DNA from: Elusimicrobiota bacterium
Lineage (GTDB): Bacteria > Elusimicrobiota > Elusimicrobia > UBA1565 > UBA9628
Reading direction: 5' to 3'
Assembly (NCBI GenBank): GCA_044450965.1
Contig: JBIOJO010000012.1
Span: 3,040-67,039 of the forward strand
DNA: 64,000 bases
Part shown: piece by piece, positions 28,201 to 35,592 of the stretch
How the letters are laid out: the number at the start of each line of letters is the position of its first letter
Position numbering within the stretch: position 1 is the first letter of the stretch
Position numbers and translations under genes: made by a program
Notes under the pieces: model-generated
Told to the model about the DNA's origin: nothing
Seen by the model: the letters and a program-made list of their open reading frames with translations, nothing else
Databases searched by the model: none

Positions 28201-28982
28201 GCGGCGGCCTTGTAGGGGCGTTCTCCTCGGGCGCGGAGATGGAACGACAGGTACGCCTCCAGCCTCTTGGCGATCAGCCAGGGCGCCTCGTCCTGCTGCA
28301 GCGCCAGGACGCCCTTGGTGATGAGCTCCCGAGCCAAGACTTCCTCCTCAGAATAGTGGTTGAGCTTGTTCGCGATCGGGAGGAAGATGAAATTGGCGGA
28401 GAAGATGCCGTAGAACGAGGCGGTCATGGCGACGGCCATGGAGCTGCCCATCGCCTTCGGATCGGTGATGTTCCTCAGCACCTGCACGACGCCGATCAAA
28501 GTCCCCAGCAGGCCGAAGATCGGCGCGAAGGTGCCGGCGGAGCGGAAGATGCCGCTGATCTGGTCGTGGCGCTGCTGGGTCGCCAGGATGTCCCGCTCGC
28601 AGCGTTCCTTGATCATCTCGTGCTCCAGGCCGTCGACGAGCATCTGGATGCAGTCGCCCAGATAGGGATGCGGGACGTAGGGCGCGTCCTCGGCCAGGGA
28701 ATCCATGCCGTCGCGCCGCGATTTCTCGGCAAGCTTCACGATGGAGTCGATCAAAGTCTGCGCGGAAGGGCGCTTCGGGGGGAAGAACATGATGTTGAGC
28801 GCCATCGGGATCTTGCTCAGCACCGACCAGGGGTAGCTGATCATGATGGAGCCCAACGTGCCGCCGAAGATCAGGACGATCGCGTCCACGTTCAGCAGGA
28901 ACTGCATCATGTGCCCGGCGGCTAGAACGTAGAGAATCACTCCGGCGCCGCAGATGATTCCGCCGACGGTCATGAAATCCAT
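28197..28982 (-). CDS. motA: MotA/PomA-family proton-channel stator protein
   Basis: 261 aa with four TM segments. Cytoplasmic loop carries charged residues (KRPSAQTLIDSIVKLAEKSRRDGMDSLAEDAP). TM3/TM4 hold the conserved prolines (TFAPIFGLLGT, FIFLPIANKL). Confidence 0.85.
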   Translation of the reverse strand: MDFMTVGGIICGAGVILYVLAAGHMMQFLLNVDAIVLIFGGTLGSIMISYPWSVLSKIPMALNIMFFPPKRPSAQTLIDSIVKLAEKSRRDGMDSLAEDAPYVPHPYLGDCIQMLVDGLEHEMIKERCERDILATQQRHDQISGIFRSAGTFAPIFGLLGTLIGVVQVLRNITDPKAMGSSMAVAMTASFYGIFSANFIFLPIANKLNHYSEEEVLARELITKGVLALQQDEAPWLIAKRLEAYLSFHLRARGERPYKAAA

Positions 28983-28988
28983 GGCGGA

Positions 28989-30404
28989 CTAGGCCTCCTG
29001 CGGGACGGCATCGGAGGGCCGGACGTCGGGCTCCGGGGATTTCTTGCGCAGGACGATGCGGCCCTCGCGGACCAGCTGCGCGAGGGCGGCCAGCACGGGC
29101 TGGCGCGCCGCTTCCAAGGCCTCCGGCGTGGGATCGGAGGAGAGCTCGATCTCCTGCGTCAGCCACTCGCGGGTGCCGGTGGCCAGCTTGGGAAGGACGT
29201 TCAGGCGGAGCACGGCGGAGGACTTCAGCAGCACCGCCAGGAGCTTCGCCGGGACGCGGCGGGACAGGAGTTTGATCTCCGCGGGCTCGAGCGCGGCGAT
29301 GTCCTCGATGAAGACGATGCGCCGGCTCACGTTCTCCGCGATCTCGGGATCGTCGCCGCGGAGCGTCAGGAGCAGGTCGCTTTGGATGTCGGCGGGGAGG
29401 GTCTCCAGCAGCTCGACCAGCTTGTCCTCGCCGCCGATCATGTAGTCGATCCTCTGGCGGACCGACTCCTCCAGGGGACGGACCTGGCTTTCGACCAGCT
29501 CGTTCACGCGGCTGAGCAAGGAGACGACCTGGCGGCGCGCGTCCGGCTCCAGCGCGGCCAGCACCTTGCCCGCGACGTCGGGCGGCAGGTATTGGACGAC
29601 GGTGGCCGCGACTTCCTCGGTGGAGCCGCGGAGAAGATGGATCAGCTTGGGCAGGTCGCCGCGATCGAGAAAGGAGAACGGCAGGCCGGCCCTTCCCTCG
29701 GCGGCGTGCGGGGCGGGCCCCGATCCGGGCGCGCCCGCCGCCGCGGCGGCTTCGCGTTCCGCCGCGGGAGCGCGCTCCTCTCCGCCCTTGCGCATCAGGG
29801 CGGCGGCGCTCAGGTCGCGCAGATTGGTGATCAGCGGCCCGAGGAACTTTCTCTGGAGCACGGCCAGCGCGATGACGGCGAACAGCAGCCACAGCGCCGA
29901 GCTTCCCAGGGTGAAGTATCGCTGGGTGTCGGGCGCGGGGCGCGGCTTGTGAAATTTTATCTTCTCGACGTTGAGGCTGTCGCCGCGGCCGGCGGAGATG
30001 CCCAGTATTCCGGCCGCCACCTTCTTGACCAGCTCCACGTCCTTGGCCTCCGTGTCCTGGTCGACGATGAGCGTCGCCGAGATCCGGTTGACCATGGGCA
30101 TGCTCATCCCGGCGGCGCCGGCCATCGGATCGGCCGCCTGGGCATCCTTGGGGGGGACTCCGGGCATGACCTCGGAGTCGTCGTGCTCCGTTTCCGATTT
30201 CAGCGCCACGTTGACGATCACGATCAGGTCGTCGGTGCCGAGGGCTTCGCGCAGAACCGCCTGAAGCCTCTTCTCGAGGGAGCTCTCGAGCGCGACCTTG
30301 GCCTCCAGTTCCCGGGAGGCCTCCTTGGGCGTCACGGCCGCCGCGGCGGCCCCGGCGAGGGCCAGCAGAACGGCGCCGCAACAAAGGTTGAGTTTGTAAG
30401 ACAT
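28989..30404 (-). CDS. fusion protein: FliF/SctJ(YscJ)-like ring-building periplasmic domains + TM + FliG C-terminal (torque-helix) domain
   Basis: Signal peptide. Two RBM-like segments (LEKRLQAVLREALGTDDLIVIVNVALK and ISATLIVDQDTEAKDVELVKKVAAGILGI). TM helix ALWLLFAVIALAVLQ. The cytoplasmic C-terminal ~200 aa align to FliG middle/C-terminal: GGEDKLVELLETLPADIQSDLLLTLRGDDPEIAENVSRRIVFIEDIAALEPAEIKLLSRRV...LRLNVLPKLATGTREWLTQEIE vs FliG GGVDLAAEIL...EIRNLMFVFEDLVKLDDRSIQRVLREV...IFSNMSKRAAEMLREDLE. Confidence 0.7.
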   Translation of the reverse strand: MSYKLNLCCGAVLLALAGAAAAAVTPKEASRELEAKVALESSLEKRLQAVLREALGTDDLIVIVNVALKSETEHDDSEVMPGVPPKDAQAADPMAGAAGMSMPMVNRISATLIVDQDTEAKDVELVKKVAAGILGISAGRGDSLNVEKIKFHKPRPAPDTQRYFTLGSSALWLLFAVIALAVLQRKFLGPLITNLRDLSAAALMRKGGEERAPAAEREAAAAAGAPGSGPAPHAAEGRAGLPFSFLDRGDLPKLIHLLRGSTEEVAATVVQYLPPDVAGKVLAALEPDARRQVVSLLSRVNELVESQVRPLEESVRQRIDYMIGGEDKLVELLETLPADIQSDLLLTLRGDDPEIAENVSRRIVFIEDIAALEPAEIKLLSRRVPAKLLAVLLKSSAVLRLNVLPKLATGTREWLTQEIELSSDPTPEALEAARQPVLAALAQLVREGRIVLRKKSPEPDVRPSDAVPQEA

Positions 30405-30506
30405 CGCCTTCGAAGTCTAACAGGCGCCGCGGCCGAGGTCAAGGCCGCGAAACATCCTCTTAATATCCCGTCGGCAACCCGCCCCCGGGACGGGCGCGGG
30501 GGCGGC

Positions 30507-30926
30507 TCAGCTGGGCGCGAACTCCGCTTCGAACTCGCATTTGGCGACGCTGCCGCAGGCTTCGGGACCGCCGCCGTAAAGCTGTTCGGCGCAGGCGATC
30601 TCGGCGGACCCGCGCTCCTCCAGCTTCGTCAGGGACTGCGCGACCAGCTCGCTGAACTCGAAGGAGCCGGAGCCGCAGCGGCCGGGGCAGTCGGCTTCGA
30701 CGATGAAGGGGTCGTTCGGACCGATGAGGTCCTCGGTTTCGTCGAGGACGACGCCCTGGGGGGAGGTCACGGTGACGCGGACCTTGACGCCGCGGACTCC
30801 GGGGAAGCGCGTGGCCAAGGTTCCGGCCGCGTGCGCCTCGGCCTCGGCCTCGCGGCCGCGCTGGACTTTTTCCTGGTTCTTGTTGGGACCGGCCTTGCGG
30901 CGCTTCTTGCGGTAGAATCCGGGCAT
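30507..30926 (-). CDS. hypothetical small protein (basic N-terminus, four Cys), first gene upstream of the FliFG-like gene
   Basis: ORF of 139 aa with mixed composition, on the same strand between the histidine-kinase gene and the FliFG-like gene. No recognisable domain. Confidence 0.35.
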   Translation of the reverse strand: MPGFYRKKRRKAGPNKNQEKVQRGREAEAEAHAAGTLATRFPGVRGVKVRVTVTSPQGVVLDETEDLIGPNDPFIVEADCPGRCGSGSFEFSELVAQSLTKLEERGSAEIACAEQLYGGGPEACGSVAKCEFEAEFAPS

Positions 30927-30982
30927 TCGCTCTCCTCAGGTCCTCGGGCGCGTGCCGCAAGGGCGTTCAGCTTAGCATTTCC

Positions 30983-31787
30983 TCAGGGGGTTGGAGTCGT
31001 CTTAAGGAGCAGGGTCACGGTCGTGCCCTTGCCGATCCCCGGGCTGGCGATGGAAACGTCTCCTCCGTGCTTGTTCATGATCCAACGCGCGACGTTGAGG
31101 CCCAGGCCGGTGCCGCCGCTCTCGGAGCGGCCGGTCGCGAACGGTTCGAAGAGGCGGTGGAGCGCGGGGGCCTCGATGCCGACGCCGGTGTCCGTCAGGG
31201 TCACACGGGCGTTCGCCCCGACGGCTTCCGCGCGGATGTCCAGCCGTCCGCCGAAGGGCATGGCGTCGAGCGCGTTGATCAGGAGGATGGTCAGGACCTG
31301 ATGAAAGTGGCGCTCGCTGGCCAGCACCGTCATCCCTTCCGCGCCGGAGATGGACGTCTCCACGCCGCGCTCGTCGAAGCGGATCTTGAGCGGCTCGAGG
31401 GCGGCGGACAGCCGGGGCCCCAGCGCCGAGGGCTTGAGGTCCAGGGCGGAGGGCTTCGCGAAATCCAGCACGTCGGACAGGATCTCGACGGCGCGGTCGG
31501 CCTCGCGCGCGACGGTCAGGAGTTGCTCGCGCGGATCGCCGCCTCGGTCCAGGACGCGTTGCGCGTACTCGACCGTCAGGATCACGGTGTTGAGGGGCGT
31601 GCGGACCTCGTGCACCACTCCGGACATCATCTGGCCCACGGTGGACAGGCGCTGCAGCCAGGCCAGCCTCTCTTCGTCGGGAATCCCGGCGAGGGGGGCG
31701 GGCGGGCCCCGTCGGGCGAGGACCCAGCCGGCCAGCGCGCCCAGCACGGCGGCGGCCGCCGTCGCCGCGAAGAGCTTGGAGTCCATG
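30983..31787 (-). CDS. sensor histidine kinase (short N-terminal TM + HisKA + HATPase)
   Basis: Start MDSKLFAATAAAAVLGALAGW at 31787. The longer ORF on the track extends upstream with no homology. H-box VHEVRTPLNTV. HATPase G-boxes (DTGVGI, GGTGLGLNVARWIMNKHGGDV). Confidence 0.8.
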
Positions 31788-31810
31788 CGGCATTTATATA
31801 AAATCCGGAG

Positions 31811-32518
31811 GTGACACCAAAGGTTCTCCTGATCGAAGACGACGCCTCGTTCCGCAAGGCGGTATCCGACGTCCTGACGCTCGAAGGCTACGAAGTCCTG
31901 CAAGCGCCCTCCGGAAAGGCCGGCATCCTGGCCGCGCAGAAGGAAATGCCCGACCTGGTCGTCCTGGATTTGATCATGCCCGGCATGAAGGGGCTGGAGG
32001 TCTGCCAGTTCCTCAAGCAGGACGCGCTGACGGCGCGGCTGCCCATCATCATCCTCACCGGCAACGACAAGGACGGGCAGGACATCGCCTGCCTCGACAT
32101 GGGCGCCGACGACTACCTGACGAAGCCGGTCAAGAGCGAGCGCCTGATCGCCTATTGCCGGGCCCTGCTGCGGCGCAACGCGGGGGAAACCCACGGTGCG
32201 CCTCCGGCGCGCATCGAAGTGGGCGCGCTGGCCCTGGACTACGGCCGCAAGATCGTGGCGATCGGCAAGGTGGAGCATCCGCACCTGACGCCCAAGGAGT
32301 TCGAGCTCCTGTACTATCTCGCGGGCCGCACGCCGAACCCGACGGATCGCGCGACGATCTACCGCGACGTCTGGGGTGTGGAGCCGCCTTCCGAGGGCGT
32401 CCTGAAGACGGTCGAGGTCCACGTGCGCCGCATCCGCCTGAAGCTGGGCTGGAAGTCCGAGCAGTGGCTGGTCAGCGTCTCGGGACGCGGCTACGCCTTG
32501 GTTCCTCCCAAGAAATGA
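31811..32518 (+). CDS. OmpR-family response regulator
   Basis: REC (KVLLIEDDASF...LVVLDLIMPGMKGLEV...DDYLTKPV) plus a winged-helix output domain (LTPKEFELLYYLAGRTPNPTDRATI...VHVRRIRLKLG). Divergent from the kinase gene. Confidence 0.85.
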   Translation: MTPKVLLIEDDASFRKAVSDVLTLEGYEVLQAPSGKAGILAAQKEMPDLVVLDLIMPGMKGLEVCQFLKQDALTARLPIIILTGNDKDGQDIACLDMGADDYLTKPVKSERLIAYCRALLRRNAGETHGAPPARIEVGALALDYGRKIVAIGKVEHPHLTPKEFELLYYLAGRTPNPTDRATIYRDVWGVEPPSEGVLKTVEVHVRRIRLKLGWKSEQWLVSVSGRGYALVPPKK

Positions 32519-33333
32519 CCGGCGGCGAAAGACCGCCGCACGCGGTCCTGGTCCGTTCGCCCGAGAAGTTCTCCGCCGCGGCCGTGGCCGGCGTTCTGGC
32601 CCGGCGCGCGAAGGCGCCCGCGCTGGATTTCGCGGGACCCGCGCGGCGGGCGTGGGGCGTCGCGGCGGAGGCTCTGCCGGCCGGGGAGGCGGAGGCGCTC
32701 GCGGCGGATCTGAGCGCGGCCGGGCAGGAGGCGCTGGCCGTTCCCTCCAGCCTCATCGAGGCTCCGGCCGAGCCGGTCCTGGTCTCCAAGGCCGAGCTCT
32801 CGGCCGACGGCTTCGACGTGACGGCCGGACGCGCGAACGCGGCGCCGGAGCGCCTGTCCTGGGCGCGGCTGGTCGCGATCTGCGCCGGAGGCGTCGAGGA
32901 ACGGTCCAGCAAGACCGTGACCGAGTCGTCTCCCGTGGAGATGGGCGAGCAGGCGGTGCGCCTGGGGCTGACCATGGCGACCGGAATCCCTCTGATGAAG
33001 TCGGCGGTCAAGAAACAGCGCGTGGTGGAAACGCGCGACCGGGCGCTGGCGCTCGACCTCCTTTTTCTCGAGCCCTCGCGGCGCGTGCGCGTGGACGCGC
33101 GCGCGTTCGATTTCTCGCTGCTCGGCGACAAGATGACCTACGGCGCCGAGACGAACTTCCTCGCGCTGGTGGAGGAGTTGGTCTCCCGGGCGCCGCGCGC
33201 GCTGCGCGGCAAGGGCACGCGCGCGCTTCTGGCGCGCCGTCCGGCGGGGGATTCCCTGTACGAGGGCTTCGACGATCTGGCCCGCGAGGAGCGCTGGCTT
33301 CTGACCTTGGCGGCGCTCCGCGCCGCGCTTTAA
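32515..33333 (+). CDS. hypothetical protein
   Basis: The ATG overlaps the stop of the regulator (ATGA). 272 aa, Ala-rich, no recognisable motif. Confidence 0.45.
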   Translation: MTGGERPPHAVLVRSPEKFSAAAVAGVLARRAKAPALDFAGPARRAWGVAAEALPAGEAEALAADLSAAGQEALAVPSSLIEAPAEPVLVSKAELSADGFDVTAGRANAAPERLSWARLVAICAGGVEERSSKTVTESSPVEMGEQAVRLGLTMATGIPLMKSAVKKQRVVETRDRALALDLLFLEPSRRVRVDARAFDFSLLGDKMTYGAETNFLALVEELVSRAPRALRGKGTRALLARRPAGDSLYEGFDDLAREERWLLTLAALRAAL

Positions 33334-33351
33334 GCCCGGGCTACCGCCGCG

Positions 33352-33738
33352 TCACGCCCGGTCCGGAAGCGCGTCGATCTCGGCCGAGACGGCGGCCAGA
33401 TCCATGGGTTTGGCGAAAAAGCCGGACGCTCCCAGCAGCAGGGCGTCGCGGCGGGCCTCCTCGTCCCCGTCGCCGCTCATGATGTGGATGGGGGCCTTCG
33501 TCAGCTTGCGGAAGTCGGCCAGGGCTTGGAGCCCGGTCCGGCCGGGGAGGACGATGTCCAGCAGGATGAAGTCGAAGGCCCGTGTCTTCAGCATATCCGC
33601 GGCGGCCTCGGCGCTGCCCGCGCCGGCCACGCGGTGACCTTTCAAGGCGAAATAGCGCGACAGCATCTCCACGGAAGGTTTTTCGTCGTCCACCACGAGG
33701 ATGCTGGCGTCGCGCACGTCGATAGTATAGACTCTCAC
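33352..33738 (-). CDS. stand-alone response-regulator receiver (CheY-like) protein
   Basis: SILVVDDEKPSVEML...FDFILLDIVLPGRTGLQAL...FFAKPMD. Probable GTG start at 33738 or 33717. The long ORF on the track extending to 34314 is not credible. Confidence 0.7.
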   Translation of the reverse strand: MRVYTIDVRDASILVVDDEKPSVEMLSRYFALKGHRVAGAGSAEAAADMLKTRAFDFILLDIVLPGRTGLQALADFRKLTKAPIHIMSGDGDEEARRDALLLGASGFFAKPMDLAAVSAEIDALPDRA

Positions 33739-33768
33739 GCCGACCGGAGCAACACCCCCGGAAAAATA

Positions 33769-34407
33769 ATGAACGAATCCGAGATCATCCACGAAGACGA
33801 GCGCCTGGTGGCGGCCTGCAAATCCGCCGGCCGCCCGACCATTCCCGGCCGCGGCGGCGTCGGCGAGGCGATGAACGTGGAACTGGAGCGCCGCCTGGGC
33901 CGGAAGCTGCTGGTCGTCCACCGGCTCGACTTGGAGTCGAGCGGGGTCGTGGTGTTCGCCAAGGACGCGGAGACCCACCGGGCCCTTTGCGCCCAGTTCG
34001 AGGGCCGCGCGGCGAAGAAGGTCTATCTCGCCGCGGTCGCGGGCGTCCTGACCGGGGAAGGGACGATCACGCTGCCTCTCAAGGAATTCGGCTCGGGCCG
34101 CGTCGCGCCGTCTCCCGACGGAAAGAAATGCGTGACGCGCTGGCGCGTCGAGCGCTCCGGCAAGCGGGGCTCCCTGCTGCGCGTGGAGCCCGAGACCGGC
34201 CGCAAGCATCAGATTCGCGCGCACCTGTGCGCGCTGGGGCATCCGATCCTGGGCGACCCGCGCTACGGTCCTCCGCCGCGTCCGATCGGGGGAGCGGGGC
34301 GCCTGATGCTCCACGCGCTCTCCTTGAGCTTCGAGCTGGGGGGGAAGGTCTACGAGTTCACGGCCGAGCCGCCGCGCGATTTCTCGTCGGTGCTGACGGC
34401 TCTTTAA
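33769..34407 (+). CDS. RluA-family pseudouridine synthase
   Basis: Catalytic HRLD motif (LLVVHRLDLESSGVVVFAK) and TGRKHQIRAHL motif. ATG at 33769. Confidence 0.8.
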   Translation: MNESEIIHEDERLVAACKSAGRPTIPGRGGVGEAMNVELERRLGRKLLVVHRLDLESSGVVVFAKDAETHRALCAQFEGRAAKKVYLAAVAGVLTGEGTITLPLKEFGSGRVAPSPDGKKCVTRWRVERSGKRGSLLRVEPETGRKHQIRAHLCALGHPILGDPRYGPPPRPIGGAGRLMLHALSLSFELGGKVYEFTAEPPRDFSSVLTAL

Positions 34408-34516
34408 AGCGGCTTCGAACTTTTATTGGCGCCGCGCGTATGATTAGTGTAGAATACGCCGAGAGGGTCGCACCCTCTATCAACATCATGATGTTAATTA
34501 AAGGAGACCTACGATT

Positions 34517-34774
34517 ATGAAGAAGCTTCTGATTGCCGTCGCGCTGTCCTCTTTCGCCGCCGTCGCGTTCGCCCAGGCCCCGACTCCCGCCGCCACTCCG
34601 GCCGCCGCGCCGGTCGCCGAGAAGAAGGCCGAGAAGAAGGCCGAGAAGAAGGCCGAGAAGAAGGCCGAGAAGAAGGCCAAGAAGGCCGCGCACCACAAGG
34701 CCAAGAAGGCCGAGAAGAAGGCCGATGAGAAGAAGGCCGACGCCGCTCCCGCCGTCGCTCCGGCCGCGAAGTAA
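34517..34774 (+). CDS. small secreted Lys/Ala/Glu-rich repeat protein (AEKK tandem repeats)
   Basis: RBS AAGGAG. Signal peptide MKKLLIAVALSSFAAVAFAQA. Five tandem AEKK units encoded by a 12-bp DNA tandem repeat gccgagaagaag (34616-34675). Followed by a strong intrinsic terminator. Confidence 0.7.
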   Translation: MKKLLIAVALSSFAAVAFAQAPTPAATPAAAPVAEKKAEKKAEKKAEKKAEKKAKKAAHHKAKKAEKKADEKKADAAPAVAPAAK

Positions 34775-34794
34775 TTCGCACCGGACACTGATTC

Positions 34795-34830
34795 GGCCCC
34801 CGCGCGCAAGCGCGGGGGCCGTCTCTTTTT
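34795..34830 (+). terminator. Rho-independent terminator
   Basis: GC-rich stem ggcccccgcgcg-caa-gcgcgggggcc followed by tctcttttt. Confidence 0.85.
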
Positions 34831-34929
34831 CCGCCTCCGCGCGTCGCGCTCCCCGCCGCTGACGCCGGCCCCGAAAACGCCCCGAGTCGAAGCCATCGGA
34901 TAGTCTGATCTTATTTATTAGATTCACTA

Positions 34930-34978
34930 TTGACAAATATCAGATTACCTGTTATATATTCGAAGCTTGCCGCGCAAG
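34930..34978 (+). promoter_or_regulatory. sigma70-like promoter (TTGACA-17-TATATA) with downstream palindrome CTTGCcgcGCAAG
   Basis: ttgaca at 34930-34935 and tatata at 34953-34958 sit in an AT-rich island. A 5-bp-arm inverted repeat at 34966-34978 lies near the predicted +1, where an HspR-associated (HAIR-type) operator would sit. Confidence 0.5.
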
Positions 34979-34994
34979 ACGGGCACAGGGGGTC

Positions 34995-35162
34995 ATGCCG
35001 ATGATCGCGAAGGACCTGATGCCGTGGATGTTCGTGAAAAGGACCGCGACCTGGACGCCGTACGCGAAGATCCGCTCGGAGGCCGTCCGCTCCGAGCCCG
35101 CGGCGTTGCTGGAGAAGTCCGCGCGCAAGCCCGGGAGGCGCCCGCCCCGTGGGCCGGCTTGA
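34995..35162 (+). CDS. possible small ORF (55 aa) upstream of and overlapping the hspR-like start
   Basis: ATG CCG ATG ATC GCG AAG GAC CTG ... TGA. Nearly every third codon position is G/C, as expected for genuine coding sequence in this genome. It lies just downstream of the promoter. Not on the ORF track, presumably under its length cut-off. Confidence 0.3.
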   Translation: MPMIAKDLMPWMFVKRTATWTPYAKIRSEAVRSEPAALLEKSARKPGRRPPRGPA

Positions 35163-35421
35163 CCGACCCGTCCGCCGGACGCGCGCGACCCCGATCTACA
35201 CGATCGGGGCGGCGGCGCGCTTGACCGGAATCCCGATCTGGACCTTGCGCTGGATCGAGAAGCACGGCCTCCTCAGCCCCAACCGCACTCCCGGACGGCA
35301 GCGCCTGTATTCCGACGTCGAGATGGAACTGCTCCGCGAGATCCGCGGCTGGATGGAGCAGAAAGTGAACCTCGCCGGCATCCGCGTGATCCTGCGGCTG
35401 CGCCCTTCCGCCGCGCGCTGA
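35149..35421 (+). CDS. hspR: MerR-family HTH regulator, HspR-like
   Basis: PIYTIGAAARLTGIPIWTLRWIEKHGLLSPNRTPGRQRLYSDVEMELLREIRGWMEQKVNLAGIRVILRL parallels HspR (Y.I..AA.L.G....TLR.Y...GL..P.RT.G..R.YS..D...L..I.......VNLAG...I..L). GTG start. Confidence 0.7.
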   Translation: MGRLDRPVRRTRATPIYTIGAAARLTGIPIWTLRWIEKHGLLSPNRTPGRQRLYSDVEMELLREIRGWMEQKVNLAGIRVILRLRPSAAR

Positions 35422-35495
35422 CGCGCGCCTCCCGCCCCGAAGGACCCCCCGGCGCGTAGGTCCTCTTCCTATGGTTTTTTGGGACCTTAGTTCCT

Positions 35496-35524
35496 GTTGA
35501 TCTAAATCAACTGATGTCTATAAT
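35496..35524 (+). promoter_or_regulatory. promoter (TTGATC-16-TATAAT) overlapped by inverted repeat GTTGAT-ctaa-ATCAAC
   Basis: Palindrome at 35496-35511 overlaps the -35 element. TATAAT at 35519-35524. Located 70 nt upstream of the giant ORF's ATG at 35593. Confidence 0.5.
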
Positions 35525-35592
35525 GCCGCCACCTTCTAAAGGAAGGCGCCGTGGCCGCACGTCGTGGTGGCATTTACGGGAGACAACAAGAG

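Noticed and set aside
27517-28982. ExbB/ExbD or TolQ/TolR energiser for the nearby large OM barrel
   Set aside because: The A subunit has four TM helices and MotA-type TM3/TM4 prolines rather than the three-TM ExbB/TolQ layout. The B subunits carry C-terminal OmpA-like PG-binding domains (MotB-like), unlike ExbD/TolR. No TonB/TolA-like gene is adjacent.
26880-30404. Zorya-type anti-phage system (ZorA/ZorB are MotA/MotB homologs)
   Set aside because: The MotA homolog here is of canonical flagellar-stator length (261 aa, four TM) and lacks the long C-terminal tail of ZorA. No ZorC/ZorD (helicase/nuclease) or ZorE genes follow. A FliG-like rotor domain gene is present instead.
34616-34675. Possible CRISPR-like or minisatellite array (gccgagaagaag x5)
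   Set aside because: The 12-bp units are perfectly tandem with no spacers and lie inside a coding frame, where they encode AEKK repeats. No cas genes are present.
34533-34896. Alternative-frame ORFs over the AEKK gene (Pro/Arg-rich 109-aa plus-strand and 88-132-aa minus-strand)
   Set aside because: They are low-complexity artefacts of the repeat. The AEKK frame has the RBS, a signal peptide and a terminator.
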